This document shows positions 11,605 through 24,401 of a stretch of DNA of 64,000 nucleotides, in pieces (within the stretch, counting starts at the first letter, position 1; each line of letters starts with the position of its first letter). The DNA comes from Chrysemys picta bellii. Lineage: Eukaryota. A program made the position numbers and the translations under genes. The notes under the pieces were generated by a model, which had not been told where the DNA came from, did no database searches, and worked only from the letters and a program-made list of their open reading frames with translations. The stretch is from contig NC_088810.1 in the NCBI RefSeq assembly GCF_011386835.1, forward strand, positions 1,612,001 to 1,676,000, written 5' to 3'.

Positions 11605-14070
11605 CAGGGGTCAGCAACCTATGGTACGCGTGCCACAGGCAGCATGCAAGATGATTTTGAGTGGCACTCACACTGCCCGGGTCCCGGCCACCGGTCCCGG
11701 GGGCTCTGTTGCCATCCTGGGGTCCCGGCCAGTGGCCCGGGACTCTGCAGCCGCCCCCAGCTGTGGCTCACTGGGGTGCAGACAGGGGCAAGAGGGGGCA
11801 CAGCTCAGCACCCCCACCTTAAAAGTCGTTCCAGCGCCACTGTACTGGGATATTTTTAAGTCCTGATTTGCTACTTACATCACTGTCACGTCACGTGGAA
11901 CAGCGCATTGCGTTTGACGTTGTGTGTGCCGTCAGTCACGATTTTTTTCCCCACTGTAAGTTGAGGGGTACATTTGACAAAATGTCAGCTCGTAAAAAAG
12001 CAAAGTTAGATGTCCATTCATTTCAGCCTTCTTGGACAGACACATTTGGATTTATTCAAAAGAAGGACTGAGCTGGTTGTGCTTTCGGTTGTGAAAGTGT
12101 TGTTTGTCGCACAGCAAGTGTTTGACAACATTTTCAAACGAAGCACGAGAAGAACCTTTCTTGATGAAGCAGACAAGATTGAATCGATCACAAAGGCAGT
12201 AGCAGGATATGAGAAGCAAAGCAGTGCTTTCACATGCTGAAGTGTAAGTGAAAATCAAGCCACAGAAGGAAGTGACAAGATTGTACAGTGCATTGCAAAA
12301 AACCGGAAAGCTGTTGGGGAATATATATGTAAGCGGAGTCAGGATGAGCTCTACCCTGACATCTGGTGGGGAATTATGGCGAGTGTGGAAAGAACTCCAG
12401 GGGCTGATCTTGTTTGCATAGGCACACCCACCCGCCTGGCATGAAACAACAGCAACTCAAAGTGGTTACTTTCGCTGGTGTGGGATCCCCAGTTTCTCTG
12501 TTACTGGGGCAGGAAGAATAAAGTTTTGTTACCCTGATTCTGTGAATCAAGGCCAGTAGAACTGTTGTATGACAGAGACTCACCAGTAATTAAGTAGCAC
12601 TTGTTAGACAAAGGGCATGGGTTACAAAACCCAGTGAATGGAGAGAGGTATTTGTATCTGGGCTTTGTTTGAGGGCTGGACACACCAATTGCATCATCTC
12701 CTCTCTCCACGGTTGAATGTCAGAGCTAACTTTGATTCCATTAGGAGTCTAGTTACAGGCTGCTGAGCTGAATTCACTTTGGGCCAATGGTGCACCAGCA
12801 CTGGGGCTCCCTGAGCTGAAATTGCTAAGAGCTGAAATCACAAAAGAGCTAAAGTTATTAAGAGCTGAGATCACTGAGGCTGTGTTAACTAGTGGGGGAG
12901 CCTGAAGCTATATTGCTAAGCGGCTGGTGGAGCAGTGAGCGGCCCAAGGAATGGCGAGGGGAGCTGTTAGTGGGGACGGCTGGAGCGGCTCACAGGTCGG
13001 GGAGCGGAGCGGAGCAGTTTGTGGGATGGCAGGAAGTGGACTGGCTCGTGATGAAGGCTGTGGCGGAACCCCATGGAGAGACGGCCAGACGGCCTCGGAT
13101 CACGTAAGGTGCCCCTTAACACCCTGCGTGCCCCCCCCCTTTTACTCTGGGGCTGCACTGACCAGGGACAGAGACTTTGGGGGTGTTGGACTTTGGGGAC
13201 TCTGGGTGATTTTTGGGTTGCTGGATTCAAGAACCAAAGGGAAAGGACACAGCCCAATTTGCTGGGGTGGGTTTTTTGCTCCTGGTTTGTGTTATGAATC
13301 CTGTTTGTGGTGTTTTTCCAATTTAATGCTGATGTCGTTTACCTCATGTTATTAAACATTTTCTGTTACACTCAGACTCCGTGCTTGCGAGAGGGGAAGT
13401 ATTGCCTCTTTGAGGCGCCTGGGGGGGTGGTATGTAATTGTCCCAGGTCACTGGGTGGGGGCTCGAGCCGGTTTTGCATTGCGTTATTGAAACGGAACCC
13501 CTAGATACAGAACCCGGCCCTTGTTGCTGCCAACTTAGATGGGCAGAAGGGTTACATATAAAAGAAGTTTTTCTCAGCAGTTCAGAGGTTTTGTTCAATG
13601 ATTTGCCAGATAAAGATGCATATCTAGAATAAAAGAACTGCCTGTCTCTGAGAGACGCGTAAGTGAAATGGCAGAAAACGTTAACGAAAAGCAGACGACT
13701 GCATTAAAAGACACAGCAGTGTTTAGCATTCCAATTGATGAGAGTGTGGATATAAACAACGTTCCACGTTTGACAGTTGCTGCAAGATATTGTGCTTCCG
13801 ATGAAATCCAAGAGGAACTTTGTTGCCTAAAACCCCTGCATGGCACAACAAAGGGGGGAAGATATAGCGGAAACTTTTGTAAACCATTTTGAAGAACGAG
13901 GAGTTGACATCAGAAAAATATTTTCTCTGACAACAGATGGTGCTCGTGCCATGGTCGGAAACCAGAAGGGATTTGTAAAGTTACTTGAAGATCAAATTGG
14001 CTGCCCGACAGTCAAATGTCACTGTTTCATCCATCAAGAAAACCTGTGTGCTAAAATTTCTAATTTTAGC
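11605..14070 (+). mobile_element. Decayed hAT (Charlie/Buster, GTF2IRD2-like) transposase fossil, split by a solo LTR
   Basis: 5' TIR-like CAGGGGTCAGCAACC; fragments GEYIKEVFLS, SIPIDESVDINNVPRL, LTTDGARAMVG and HCFIHQENLCAK lie in different frames. Confidence 0.85.
12328..13556. mobile_element. Solo LTR (1229 bp) inserted in the hAT transposase
   Basis: TGTAA...TTACA termini; 4-bp TSD TATA (12324-27 and 13557-60); the transposase reading GEY|IKEVFLS resumes across it. Confidence 0.85.
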
Positions 14071-14271
14071 ACAGACTCTACCGGACACACTGTGCCCCCG
14101 ACAATGGACCAGCTCAGTCCGGGGAGGGATTCTCCACTGCCCCCCAGGCCAGACCACGATGATGCTTTGGGGGTGCAAGTCTATGCACAGGTACTGCAAG
14201 CCCCCTGAGTGCATTGCCTCCTTGCTCCTGGGACATGTGGGTTTGAACAAAACATAGAATTGTAGACTGTC

Positions 14272-14438
14272 AGGGATAGCTCAGTGCTTTGAGCATTGGC
14301 CTGCTAAACCCAGGGTTGTGAGCCCAATCCTTGGGGGGGGGGGGCACTTGGGGATCTGGGGCAAAATTGGTACTTGGTCCTGCTAGTGAAGGCAGGGGAC
14401 TGGACTTGATGACCTTTTGGGGTCCCTTCCAATTCTAG
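14272..14438 (+). mobile_element. tRNA-derived SINE with CR1-type 3' tail (turtle polIII/SINE-like)
   Basis: gggatagctcagtg...gagcattggcctgctaaacccagggttgtgag head; ggactggacttgatgacc...ggtcccttcc tail. Confidence 0.75.
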
Positions 14439-14470
14439 CAGATAGGATATTTCTATTCATTTCTTAATTT

Positions 14471-14633
14471 CTAGAAGGGACCTCAGGAGGTCTCTAGTCC
14501 AACCCCCTGCTCAAAGCAGGACCAATCCCCAGACAGATTTTTGCCTTGATCCCTAAGTGGCCCCCCCTAGGATTGAACTCCCAACCCTGGGTTCAGCGGG
14601 CCAATGCTCAAACCCCTGAGCTATCCCTCTCCC
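14471..14633 (-). mobile_element. tRNA-derived SINE with CR1-type tail, tail-to-tail with the previous copy
   Basis: Reverse complement reads gggagagggatagctcag...gagttcaatcct...ggttggactag...gaggtcccttctag. Confidence 0.8.
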
Positions 14634-14689
14634 TGCACCATGTGATCTGCTCTGATGTGACTTCACCTCTGCGCCACCAGGGGGAGGAA

Positions 14690-14996
14690 CAGGGCAAGGC
14701 GCATGCGCACTAACAGGAGCCGCAAGCAGCAGCCGGGGCGCATGCGCCACGATCGAGCGGGGACCAGGCGAAAGAGGCGCGAAGGAAGCACGCACGCGCG
14801 CCGCGTCTCGGGCTGGATCGGGCGCTGCGCACGCGCACAATCCCTCGCCGGGCAATGGCGCCTGCGCAGACCGGCTCGGAGGACCGAGCGAACATAGAGC
14901 GGGCGGCGCAGAGCGGTTCCACTTCCGGCGGGCACCAGAGTTTTGTTTCCGGGGGGGCGGGCGGGCAGCGGTGGCGCCCGGCGGCGGAGCGCGGGG
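14690..14996 (+). promoter_or_regulatory. XRCC1 CpG-island promoter
   Basis: CpG dense; two NRF1-type GCGCATGCGC motifs (14699 and 14738); ETS ACTTCCGG at 14921; no TATA box. Confidence 0.7.
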
Positions 14997-17900
14997 ATGC
15001 CGGAGATCGGGATCCGCCATGTGGTGTCCGCGAGCAGCGCCGACCCGGTGCGGGGCAGACCATTCCCGAGGGGGGCGGGCTGGGAGAGACCATTCCCCGG
15101 GCGGGGCGGGAGACGCCATTCCGGGGGGTCAGCTCTGGGTCGGCGAGACTACGACGGGACGGGAGAGACCATTCCCCATGGGGGTGCGGGAGGACTGAGT
15201 GGGGGAGACCATTCGGGGCGGGGGGGGGGAGAGACCATTCCCCATGGGGGTGCGGGAGGACTGAGTGGGGGAGACCATTCCCTGCGGGGGGGGGCGGAAG
15301 AGACCATCCCCGGGGGTGTCCCGCCCCCCTGACGATCTGCCCCACCCCCCAGACTCACTGCGCCGAGAACCTGCTCAAGGCCGACACCTACCGCAAGTGG
15401 AAGGCGGCGCAGGCGGGCGAAAAGCAGCTGTCGGTCATCCTGCAGGTGAGGGCCCCCTCCCCCCGCCGTGGAGCCAGGACTCCTGGGTTCTCTCCCTGGA
15501 GGAGGGGGGGGCAAGGGGGAGCCAGGACTCCTGGGTTCTCTCCCTGGAGGAGGAGGGGGGGGCAAGGGGGAGCCAGGACTCCTGGGTTCTCTTCCTGGAG
15601 GAGGAGGGGGGGGCAAGGGGGAGCCAGGACTCCTGGGTTCTCTTCCTGGAGGAGGAGGGGGGGGCAAGGGGGAGCCAGGACTCCTGGGTTCTCTTCCTGG
15701 AGGAGGAGGGGGGGGCAAGGGGGAGCCAGGACTCCTGGGTTCTCTTCCTGGAGGAGGAGGGGGGGGCAAGGGGGAGCCAGGACTCCTGGGTTCTCTTCCT
15801 GGAGGAGGAGGGGGGGGGCAAGGGGGAGCCAGGACTCCTGGGTTCTCTCCCTGGAGGAGGGGGGGGCAAGGGGGAGCCAGGACTCCTGGGTTCTCTCCCT
15901 GGAGGAGGGGGGGGGCAAGGGGGAGCCAGGACTCCTGGGTTCTCTCCCTGGAGGAGGGGGGGGGCAAGGGGGAGCCAGGACTCCTGGGTTCTCTCCCTGG
16001 AGGGTGGGGGGGTGTAGTGGTTAGAGCAGCAGGAGGACAGGGGGGCCTGAACTCCTGGGTTCCCGGAGTGGGTTGGAAGTGGGCCCTGGGTGGGCACCGC
16101 ATCCCCGGCCCCTGACTCTCCCCCCTACCGCCCGCGGCAGTTCGAGAAGGAGGAGCGGATCCACAGCATCGATGTGGGCAACGAGGGCTCGGCCTTCGTG
16201 GAGGTGCTGGCCGGCAGCTCCGCCTCGCCCAGCGAGCAGGACTATGAGGTGAGGGGGAGGAAGTCGCGCGTGCTGGGCTTTGGGGAGCTCCCGGGTCTCA
16301 GGTGGGGGGCAGAAGGGTGGCCCTGGTTCAGTGAGCCCTGTGGGGTGGGGCCCAGCCTAGCAACCCCAGGGGGCTTAACCCCTTAAGACTGAGGCAGCGA
16401 CAGGATTGGGGTGGGAGGGTGTCAAGGGTTTACGGAGGCTTCTCTAACCCCAGGCTTCCTGCCCCCACACCCCCACCAAGGTGCTGCTGGTCACCTCGTC
16501 CTTCATGTCGCCCTCGGAGAGCAAGGCCGGCACCAACCTCAACCGAGTCCGGATGTTCGGCCCGGACAAGCTGGTGAAGGCAGCAGCCGAGAAGAAATGG
16601 GACCGGGTGAAAATTGTCTGCACCCAGCCCTACACCAAGGTGGGACCCCTCCCGACCCTGGGACCCTCCTCCGCAGTGCAGCCTGGTCTGGGGACCCCTC
16701 GCATACTGGCCGGGCAGGGGTGGAAGGGATTACACGTGGGTGAGTGAAAGCGGGCAATGCAGACCAGTGGTGAGTGTGTGATCTGCTGGCAGTGCCCCCT
16801 GCTCAAGTCAGGTGGGTGCGACGTTCCCCAGGGTACAGCTGCGTCCTCTTGGTAAAGTCACCCCGCGCTGAGTGACAGGAATGTTCTCCTAGCCACTCCT
16901 GAATGACACCCAGGGCAGCATCCGCAAATCCTTAGTCTTGGCCTTGTCCCCCAGAAATGTGCGTCTTGTACTGCTCAGCCCCCTCCCGGCCAGCCCGAGC
17001 ACGTAGAAATCCCATCAAAGGAAAGGTATTGGGCACCAGCCAAGGGGAGGGTCCCGAACACTCAGTCCAAACACACTGCTTTGGATGGAACCAGCAGAGA
17101 CGTTTATTAACTGCAGAAATCTCGATTCTCATTGATTGCAAGTGATAAGGCATAAAAGTCAGAATGGGTTGCAAGGAAAAAGAATAGAAGATAAACACGG
17201 AAGTGAATCCCTAATTTACCCAACTAAGTGAAGTGAAAAGCAAAAAGGATTTTTCTCACCAAAAGCTTGTAGTAGATTTCACAGGCTGGATTTCCTTTCA
17301 GCCTGGGACACCCCCACCCCCACCCCCCCTTGGTTCAGTGTCCTTCCAGTGAATATACTGGTGGCATGAGCAAAGAGGTGAGATAGGAGCCACTGTTTTT
17401 CATTCCTTTACCCCTCTCTCCCTGACTATTACCCCTCACTTTGCGTACGTGATGCTTGAACTGTCCCTGGGGTGAAATGTACATTTCTTCATTCCTTCCC
17501 CCTGCCAGAGAATGCCTGCCTACATAGCTAAGAGTTTCTTAACACCTGGTGGGGTATAGGTCTGTCCTTTGTTGTCTCTGAAAAGCTAGTCTGTGGGCGT
17601 TCCCCAGAATCATAACATATTTTAGTAACATCATATAGTAAAAGCCCATAGCTTTACACACAGTGTTGTTACACACATTTTAGCAGGATAATGATGTTCA
17701 GCGGATTATGAGTTTTCAAGTGATATCTCACAAGGCAGACTTTGTATCAAATGTGTCATAACCTTATAAAAGTGGTGAACATGGGGTGCAGGGTGTGTCA
17801 GTGGGGGGAGTGAGGTCTAATGGTTAGACCAGGGGAGGGGGTGCTGGGAGCCAGGATTCCTGGCTTCTCTCCGCAGCGCTGCCAATGGGTCACTTTCTTT

Positions 17901-20900
17901 CTGGCTGATCTCCCCGTAGACCCTGGCATATGGGCTGTCCTTTGTGAAGTTCCACTCGCCACCCGAAAACAACGAAACCCAATCAAAATCTGCCTCCCCG
18001 GTGAGTAACAGCTTTGCCGGTGCCCCTCAATCCCGACCCACAACCCCTGCTAGCCCAGCCATGGGCTCCCCCTTTCCCCCCTCAGCTCTGCCAGTGCCCC
18101 TCACTCCTGATCCGCAGCCCCTGTTAGCCCAGCCCTGTGCATCTCTCTCCGTACAGAAGGTGACCAAGCTGGGCCAGTTTAAGGTGAAGGACGAGGACAG
18201 CAGTTCTGCCTCAATGAGGCCCGGGGCCCTGTTCTTCAGCCGAGCTAGCAAACCGCTTCTCACGCCGCCCAGAGGTACCACGAACCCGGGGGTGGGGGGG
18301 GGGCAGGACTCCTGGGTTCTCTGCCCGGCTCTGGGAGGGGAGTGGGGCCTGGTGGGTTAAAGCAAAGGAGGCTGGGCGCCAGGACTCCTGGGTTCTCTGC
18401 CTGGCTCTGGGAGGGGAGTGGGGCCTGGTGGGTTAAAGCAGGGGGGGCTGGGCGCCAGGACTCCTGGGTTCTCTGCTCGGCTCTGGGAGGGGAGTGGGGT
18501 CTAGTGGTGAGTCTGTCTAGGTTACCCAGAGATGCCGGTTTCCAGACGCTGTCCCATGCCCTCTGTGGTGCGTCCGGTTAGCTCTAGCTCCACGTGCTGC
18601 TGCGATTTGTGGCTGCGACATCTCTTGTCTGCTCTCCCATGCAGCCCCGCAGACGGAGGAACCATCCCCCAGCTACGCCGTGGCCACCCTCCAGGCCAGC
18701 ACACCCGGCGCCTCCTCCCCCTCCGCCACAGAGAAACCCGCTGCCAGGACCTCCCCCAGCCGCGCTGCGGCCTCCCCCAAGGTACAGTCCTCTCGGCTGG
18801 GCGCGGCCGCTCCCTCGCAGTGGCGGGGGCTGTCGGAACCCGGGGGCCAGGTCCGGTGGCAAAGAGGGTGGGGGCAGGTTAGTAAGAGCCGTGAAAACAA
18901 GGAACGGCTTGATAATCCCGCCGCAGAGCAAGTGACGCCTGGTGCTCGACCCGTTTGGTTTAACCCAGGAACGGCTCCGGGGAGCCGCGATCCTCGTCTG
19001 TCTATTCACCGGGGAGGGGGATGAACCGCTGGAACACGTCCCCGAGGGGCGCAGGGGGTTCTCGGTCCTAGGAATGATTCAGGGGCCGGTCTCTGGCCTG
19101 GGCTGTCAGGGGGTCAGGAGCAGGCTGACGGGCATAGCTTGCTTTGCTGGACTGGGAATGACATTGTCTATATGAACCCCGGTATCCGGGCCAGAGCCCA
19201 TCGCTGGGGACTGCATTCTGGTACCCACAATCTGCTGCATTGCAGATGTGCTTGGGTACGGGGTTCAACTTTTCGTCTTAAAGCACCTGCATCTCAGCCC
19301 CAGTGAGGGAACTCTGAGAAACAGCCCCCCCAGAGGTGGCGGCGTTCAGGAATCCAGTGCACATCATACCGGATATTTACCTTTCGCTTCTGACCCACTT
19401 TTCTTCCCCCTCAGGATCCAGCTCCCACCAAGAGGAAGTTTGAGTTCAGCAAGGAGAACTCGGCACCCCCCTCTGCTCGGAAACCTGACGCCGAGGCCCC
19501 CCACCCCCCGCAGCCAGCCCCCAAGAAGCCCAAAGGTGAGAGGGGACTCCTGGGTTCTCTCCCCGGCTCTGTGCATATTACACAGTGTGACTGATCAAGG
19601 TCTGTCGCTACCTTACGGGCCAGAGAAAGGTGGGGGGGTACAGTGTAAGGAGGGGAGGTTGGATCTGTCACTCATTCGGCCGGGCATTCTAGTTGGCTCA
19701 GGTGTCCCAGTAGGCGGGTATTATCGCTAACCCCCCATTGTCCTCCCCCAGCCCCAGAGCCGCCCCCCCGCAGACCGCCAGCCCCCAAGAAGCAGCCGAA
19801 GGAGCCGTCGCCGGAGGGGGCGGGGGAGGATTTTCATCGCCTCCTGCAGGGGACGGTCTTCGTGCTGAGCGGCTTCCAGAACCCCTTCCGCTCCGAGCTG
19901 CGGGACAAGGCGCTGGAGATGGGCGCCAAGTACCGGCCCGACTGGACCCCCGACAGCACCCACCTCATGTAGGTACCGCCGGCTCCCTGCCCCCGCCCGG
20001 CTGGTACCACCCAACAGCACCCGCCTCACGTAGGTACCGCCGGCTCCCTGCCCCCGCCCGGCTGGTACCACCCAACAGCACCCGCCTCACATAGGTACCG
20101 CCGGCTCCCTGCCCCCGCCCGGTACCTCCCAACAGCACCCACCTCATGTAGGTACCGCCGGCTCCCTGCCCCCGCCTGGCTGGTACCACCCGGCCAGCCC
20201 GACTGGACCCCTGACAGCACCCGCCTCACGTAGGTACCGCTGGCTCCCTGCCCCCACCCGGCCAGCCCGACTGGACCCCTGACAGCACCCGCCTCACGTA
20301 GGTACCGCCAGCTCCCTGCCCGGCTGGTACCACACAACAGCACCTGCCTCAAGTAGGTACCGCCGGCTCCCTGCCCCCGCCTGGCTGGTACCACCCGGCC
20401 AGCCCGACTGGACTCCTGACAGCACCCGCCTCGCGTAGGTACCGCTGGCTCCCTGCCCCCAACCGGCCAGCCCGACTGGACCCCTGACAGCACCTGCCTC
20501 ACTTAGGTACTGCCGGCTCCCCGCCCTCGCCCGGCTGGTATTGCCCAGCCAGCCCGACTGGACCCCTGACAGCACCTGCCTCACTTAGGTACACCCCCAG
20601 CAGCCGGCCCCAATTCCCTACCCAGCTGGCCCCCAGCCACCCCCGCCCACCTGCTGCCACCCAGCCAGCCAAACTGGACTCCCGACAGCACCCACCTTAT
20701 GTGGGCCCCGACCTTCTGCCAGTGCAGCCGGTACTTCCCAGCCTGATTAACCCTGCCTAATTCTGACCCAGTGCATCCTGGGAAACCCGAGGCGCACTGA
20801 GACACCAGGAGGAGAGCATGGGTGGACCTTCCCAACTGTGTGTTGTGCAAGGAACCCAGGAGTCCTGGCGCCCAGCCCTCCCCCACCCCCATCTAACCAC

Positions 20901-23900
20901 TAGACCCAACTCCCCTCCCAGGAGTCCTGATGCCTTGACCTACCCCTCCTGTCTCCAAACGGCTGTGTGTGGGGGCGGTGCTTGGCCCTCTCTGATCTCC
21001 CTTCTGCTTCTCTCCCCCTAGCTGCGCCTTCGCCAACACCCCCAAGTACAGCCAGGTGAAGGGGCGCGGGGGCACCATCGTGCGCAAAGAGTGGGTGTTG
21101 GACTGCCACCGGGCCCGGCGGCGCCTGCCCTGCAAACGGTGAGGGCGGGGGGCACCCCACGTCCAGTGGGGTTGGGGGGGCCATCCAGGAGGTATCAGCA
21201 ATGGCTGAGGCTCAGGGGGGTTATATGCTATCAGAGGTCAGATGGGGAGCTAGACCGGTAGAGAGGGTGCTGGGGGTCATTCATGGGGGGCAATCAGTGA
21301 TGGCTGGAGGCCAGGGGGTTCAGTCCTGTTGTGGGAGTCTGGTGGGGGGACTGCGGGGGGATGGGGGGCTCCAGGGGGTTCACTCAGTTCGGGGGTAACC
21401 GAGGGGGTGTACCCTGGCAGGTACCTAATGGACGGGCCACCCGCCTCGGGCAGCGAGGAAGAGGAGAGCGAGGAAGAGCCGCCTGCCCGGACCCGCAAGA
21501 CCCCCTCCCCCCGACAGGTAGGGGGCGTCAGGTGGGGCGGGGAGTGGGCTGGGGCTGGGAGCCAGGACTCCTGGGTTCTCTCCCAGCTCTGGGAGAGGAG
21601 TGGGGTCTAGTGCTTAGAGCAGGGGGGCTGGGAGCCAGGACTCCTGGGTTCTCTCCCCGGCTCTGGGGGTGGGGTAGGGTCTAGCTCCCCAAGCCCCTGC
21701 CCCCATGACACCACCTCGCCCAGACCCCCCCCTCGGACCTTTCTCTTGCAGAGAGCCGGGCTGCCCAGCTCCAACCACCAGGGCAAGGCACCTGCCAGGG
21801 CCCAGCCGCCTCTGGGTGAGTCCTCAGGGGAGGAGACAGAGCCCGGCACATCCTGGGCCAACGCCGGCAACTCGCAGGCCGGGGGGGAGAGCTCCCCGGC
21901 CTCCACGGACAGCGGGGAGCCCGCAGGTAGGGAGAGAACCCAGGAGTCCTGGCTCCCTGCCCCGGGAGGTATCCCCCAATGCCGTGGGGTGGCTGGGACT
22001 GATTTCCCGTGCTGTTCTCCAGGGGCGAGAGACCGCGGGGAGGGCGACTCCGGCGACACGGACGACGAGCTGAGGAGGTGGGTACAGCAGAGTGTGGCCA
22101 CGGGTGAGTTGGGAGCCATGGGGGCTGATCCAGCGAGGGGGTGGGGACAGGAGGGATGGAAAAAGGGCCCCAGGGGCAGATCCTCCCCCCACGTGTGCTC
22201 ATTCTGGGGAGGGACTCCTGGGTTCTCTCCCTAGCTCAGGGGAGTGGGGTGTAGTGGTTAGAGCAGGGGGGCTGGGAGATAGCACTCCTGGGTTCTATCA
22301 CTGGCTTGGGGGGGGGGAAGGCAGGGAAGAGGAGGGGGAGTTGAGGGAGGGGTGTGCCCCCCGGCTGACCCACACTCCCTGATGCAGGGTGGAGGAGGAG
22401 CACCGCAAGAAGCAGCAAGCGGGTCGGGAGGCAACTCCGGACCCCGACGACGACCCCTACGGCGGCTCCACGGACGAGAACACGGATGTGGAGGAGGAGC
22501 CGGATCAGCCCATCCCGGAGCTGCCTGGTATGTGGAGTGGGACATGGGGACTCTGGCTTCCATCCGGCCCCATGGCAGGAACTGGCTTTCTCAGGGGGTG
22601 AGGAGTGGGGCACGGGGCCTATCTCTCTAGTGGGTGTGATTCTGAGTAGAACACATGAAGATTTTTAATATCCTGTGGCAGAGAGTCCCACAGGTGAACA
22701 CGGTACGAGTCTGACAGGGAGACGCCCAAGCGGTTTTGTAGCATCCAGCCCTTTACGTTAACCTTTTCCTCCTCTGCAGATTTCTTCGTGGGCAAACGCT
22801 TTTTCCTGTATGGAGATTTCCCCTCCCAGGAACGACGCCTCCTGAATCGCTACATCACGGCGTTCAACGGGTGAGGGGCAGGCCACCGGGGCCTCAGGCC
22901 GTCACAGCAGCTGGTCCCTCCACTGGATGCAAACCCAGGAGTCCGGGTCAAATTCCATTGGGTGTGGGTTTAGCTCCCGAACTCCCCTTTGTAGTTATGA
23001 AATTCTCCCTCACTGCTGTCCTAAGCGTGATCTGCTGCTGGGAGGTTGTTAACCAGCCTCCGCGCCCCACCCCAGAGACAGCTGCATCTCTGTGCCAGAC
23101 ACATAGCTGTGTTCAGCGAGCAATTCTTTTATAATCGATGGACGTATGGGCTGGGGTAGCAGGGGCTGTGGTTCAGGAGTGAGGGGCATGGGAAGACCTG
23201 GGGCGGGGGCTGTGGGTCGGGAGCGAGGGGCGCGGGCAGGGCCCGGGGGGGGCGGGAGCAGTGGGTCGGGAGCGAGGGGCGCGGGCAGAACTAGGTGGGG
23301 GGGGGAGGGGCTGTGGGTCGGGAGCGAGGGGCAGGGCCGGGGGGGGGGAGCTGTGGGTCGGAAGCGAGGGGCGCGGGCAGAGCTAGGTGTGGGGGGGGGG
23401 GGAGTTGTGGGTCGGGAGCGAGGGGCGCGGGCAGAGCTAGGTGGGGGGGGGGGGGGGCGCTGTGGGTCGGGAGCGACGGGTTCTCGCTGATGCTGCCGTT
23501 CTGCTCCCAGGGAGGTGGAGGGCTACATGAGCGAGCGGGTGAACTACGTCATCACGGCCCAGGAGTGGGATGACACCTTCGAGGAGGTGAGAGGGCTCCC
23601 CCTGCTCTACCCCTGCCCCCCTGCCCCCCTGCACCACAATAGCGCCCCCTAATGGATGAGGTACATGTGTCCTCCCCTGGAGCAGGCAGGGGGCTGGCTG
23701 GCTCCGTGGGGACAGAGAATGGGACACGGGGCCTTTAAACTGTTTATGGCATTTGGGTGTTTAATGCAGGGCGTAGACTAGAGTCTTTGGAGCCAGGACT
23801 CCTGGGTTCTGTCCCTAATTGGGAGGGGAGTGGGGTCTACTGGCTGGAAGCTGGGAGCCAGGACTCCTGGGGTCTCTCCCCAGCTCCGGGAGGGGAGTGG

Positions 23901-24401
23901 GGTCTAGTGGCTCAGAGCAGGGGGGCTGGGAGCCAGGTCTCCTGGGTTCTCTCCCCGACTCTGGGAGTGGAGTGGGGTCTGGTGGTTAGGACAGTGGGGG
24001 TTGGGAACCAGGACTCCTGGGTTCTCTCCCTGGCTCTGGGAGGGGAGTGGGGTCTAATGGCTCCAAGCAGGGGGGTTGGGAGCCAGGACTCCTGGGTTCT
24101 CTCCCTGGCTCTGAGAGGGGGAGTGGGGGTCTAGGGGCTCAGAACAGGGGGGCTGGGAGCCAGGACTCCTGGGTTCTCTCCCTGGCTCTGAGAGGGGGAG
24201 TGGGGGTCTAGGGGCTCAGAACAGGGGGGGCTGATCAGATGCCGTCCTGGTGCTCTGTTCTCACTGCCCTGCCTTCGCCCCCCGCAGGCTCTGAACGACA
24301 ACGCCAACCTCTCCTTCGTCCGCCCTCGCTGGATCTACACCTGCAACGAGCGTCAGCGACTCATCCCGCACCAGCCGTACGTGGTGGTGCCGCGAGCGTA
24401 G
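14997..24401 (+). CDS. XRCC1: DNA repair protein XRCC1, 17 coding exons, 649 aa
   Basis: Exons 14997-15047, 15353-15445, 16141-16248, 16481-16639, 17920-18000, 18157-18274, 18645-18781, 19415-19535, 19752-19968, 21022-21138, 21421-21517, 21752-21926, 22023-22077, 22388-22527, 22780-22870, 23511-23586, 24288-24401. All introns are GT-AG and the frame is open. N-terminal domain MPEIGIRHVVS/THCAENLLKADTYRKW; BRCT1 VFVLSGFQNPFRSELRDKALEMGAKYRPDW...CAFANTPKY; BRCT2 RPRWIYTC. Confidence 0.97.
15470..16002 (+). repeat. ~50-bp minisatellite, about 11 copies, XRCC1 intron 2
   Basis: Unit ggagccaggactcctgggttctcttcctggaggaggagggggggcaaggg. Confidence 0.9.
16777..17800 (-). mobile_element. Probable solo LTR in XRCC1 intron 4
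   Basis: TG...CA termini, abrupt drop in GC content, antisense AATAAA (tttatt at ~17104); the TSD is imperfect. Confidence 0.5.
19935..20700 (+). repeat. Tandem repeat built from the XRCC1 exon 9 3' end and its splice donor
   Basis: About 10 units of 55-80 bp containing cccgactggacccc(t)gacagcacccgcctcac-GTAGGTACC. Confidence 0.85.

Noticed and set aside
14272-14633. tRNA genes
   Set aside because: The tRNA-like heads are degenerate and continue into CR1-type tails, so they are SINEs. The ~70-bp satellite also lacks a full cloverleaf.
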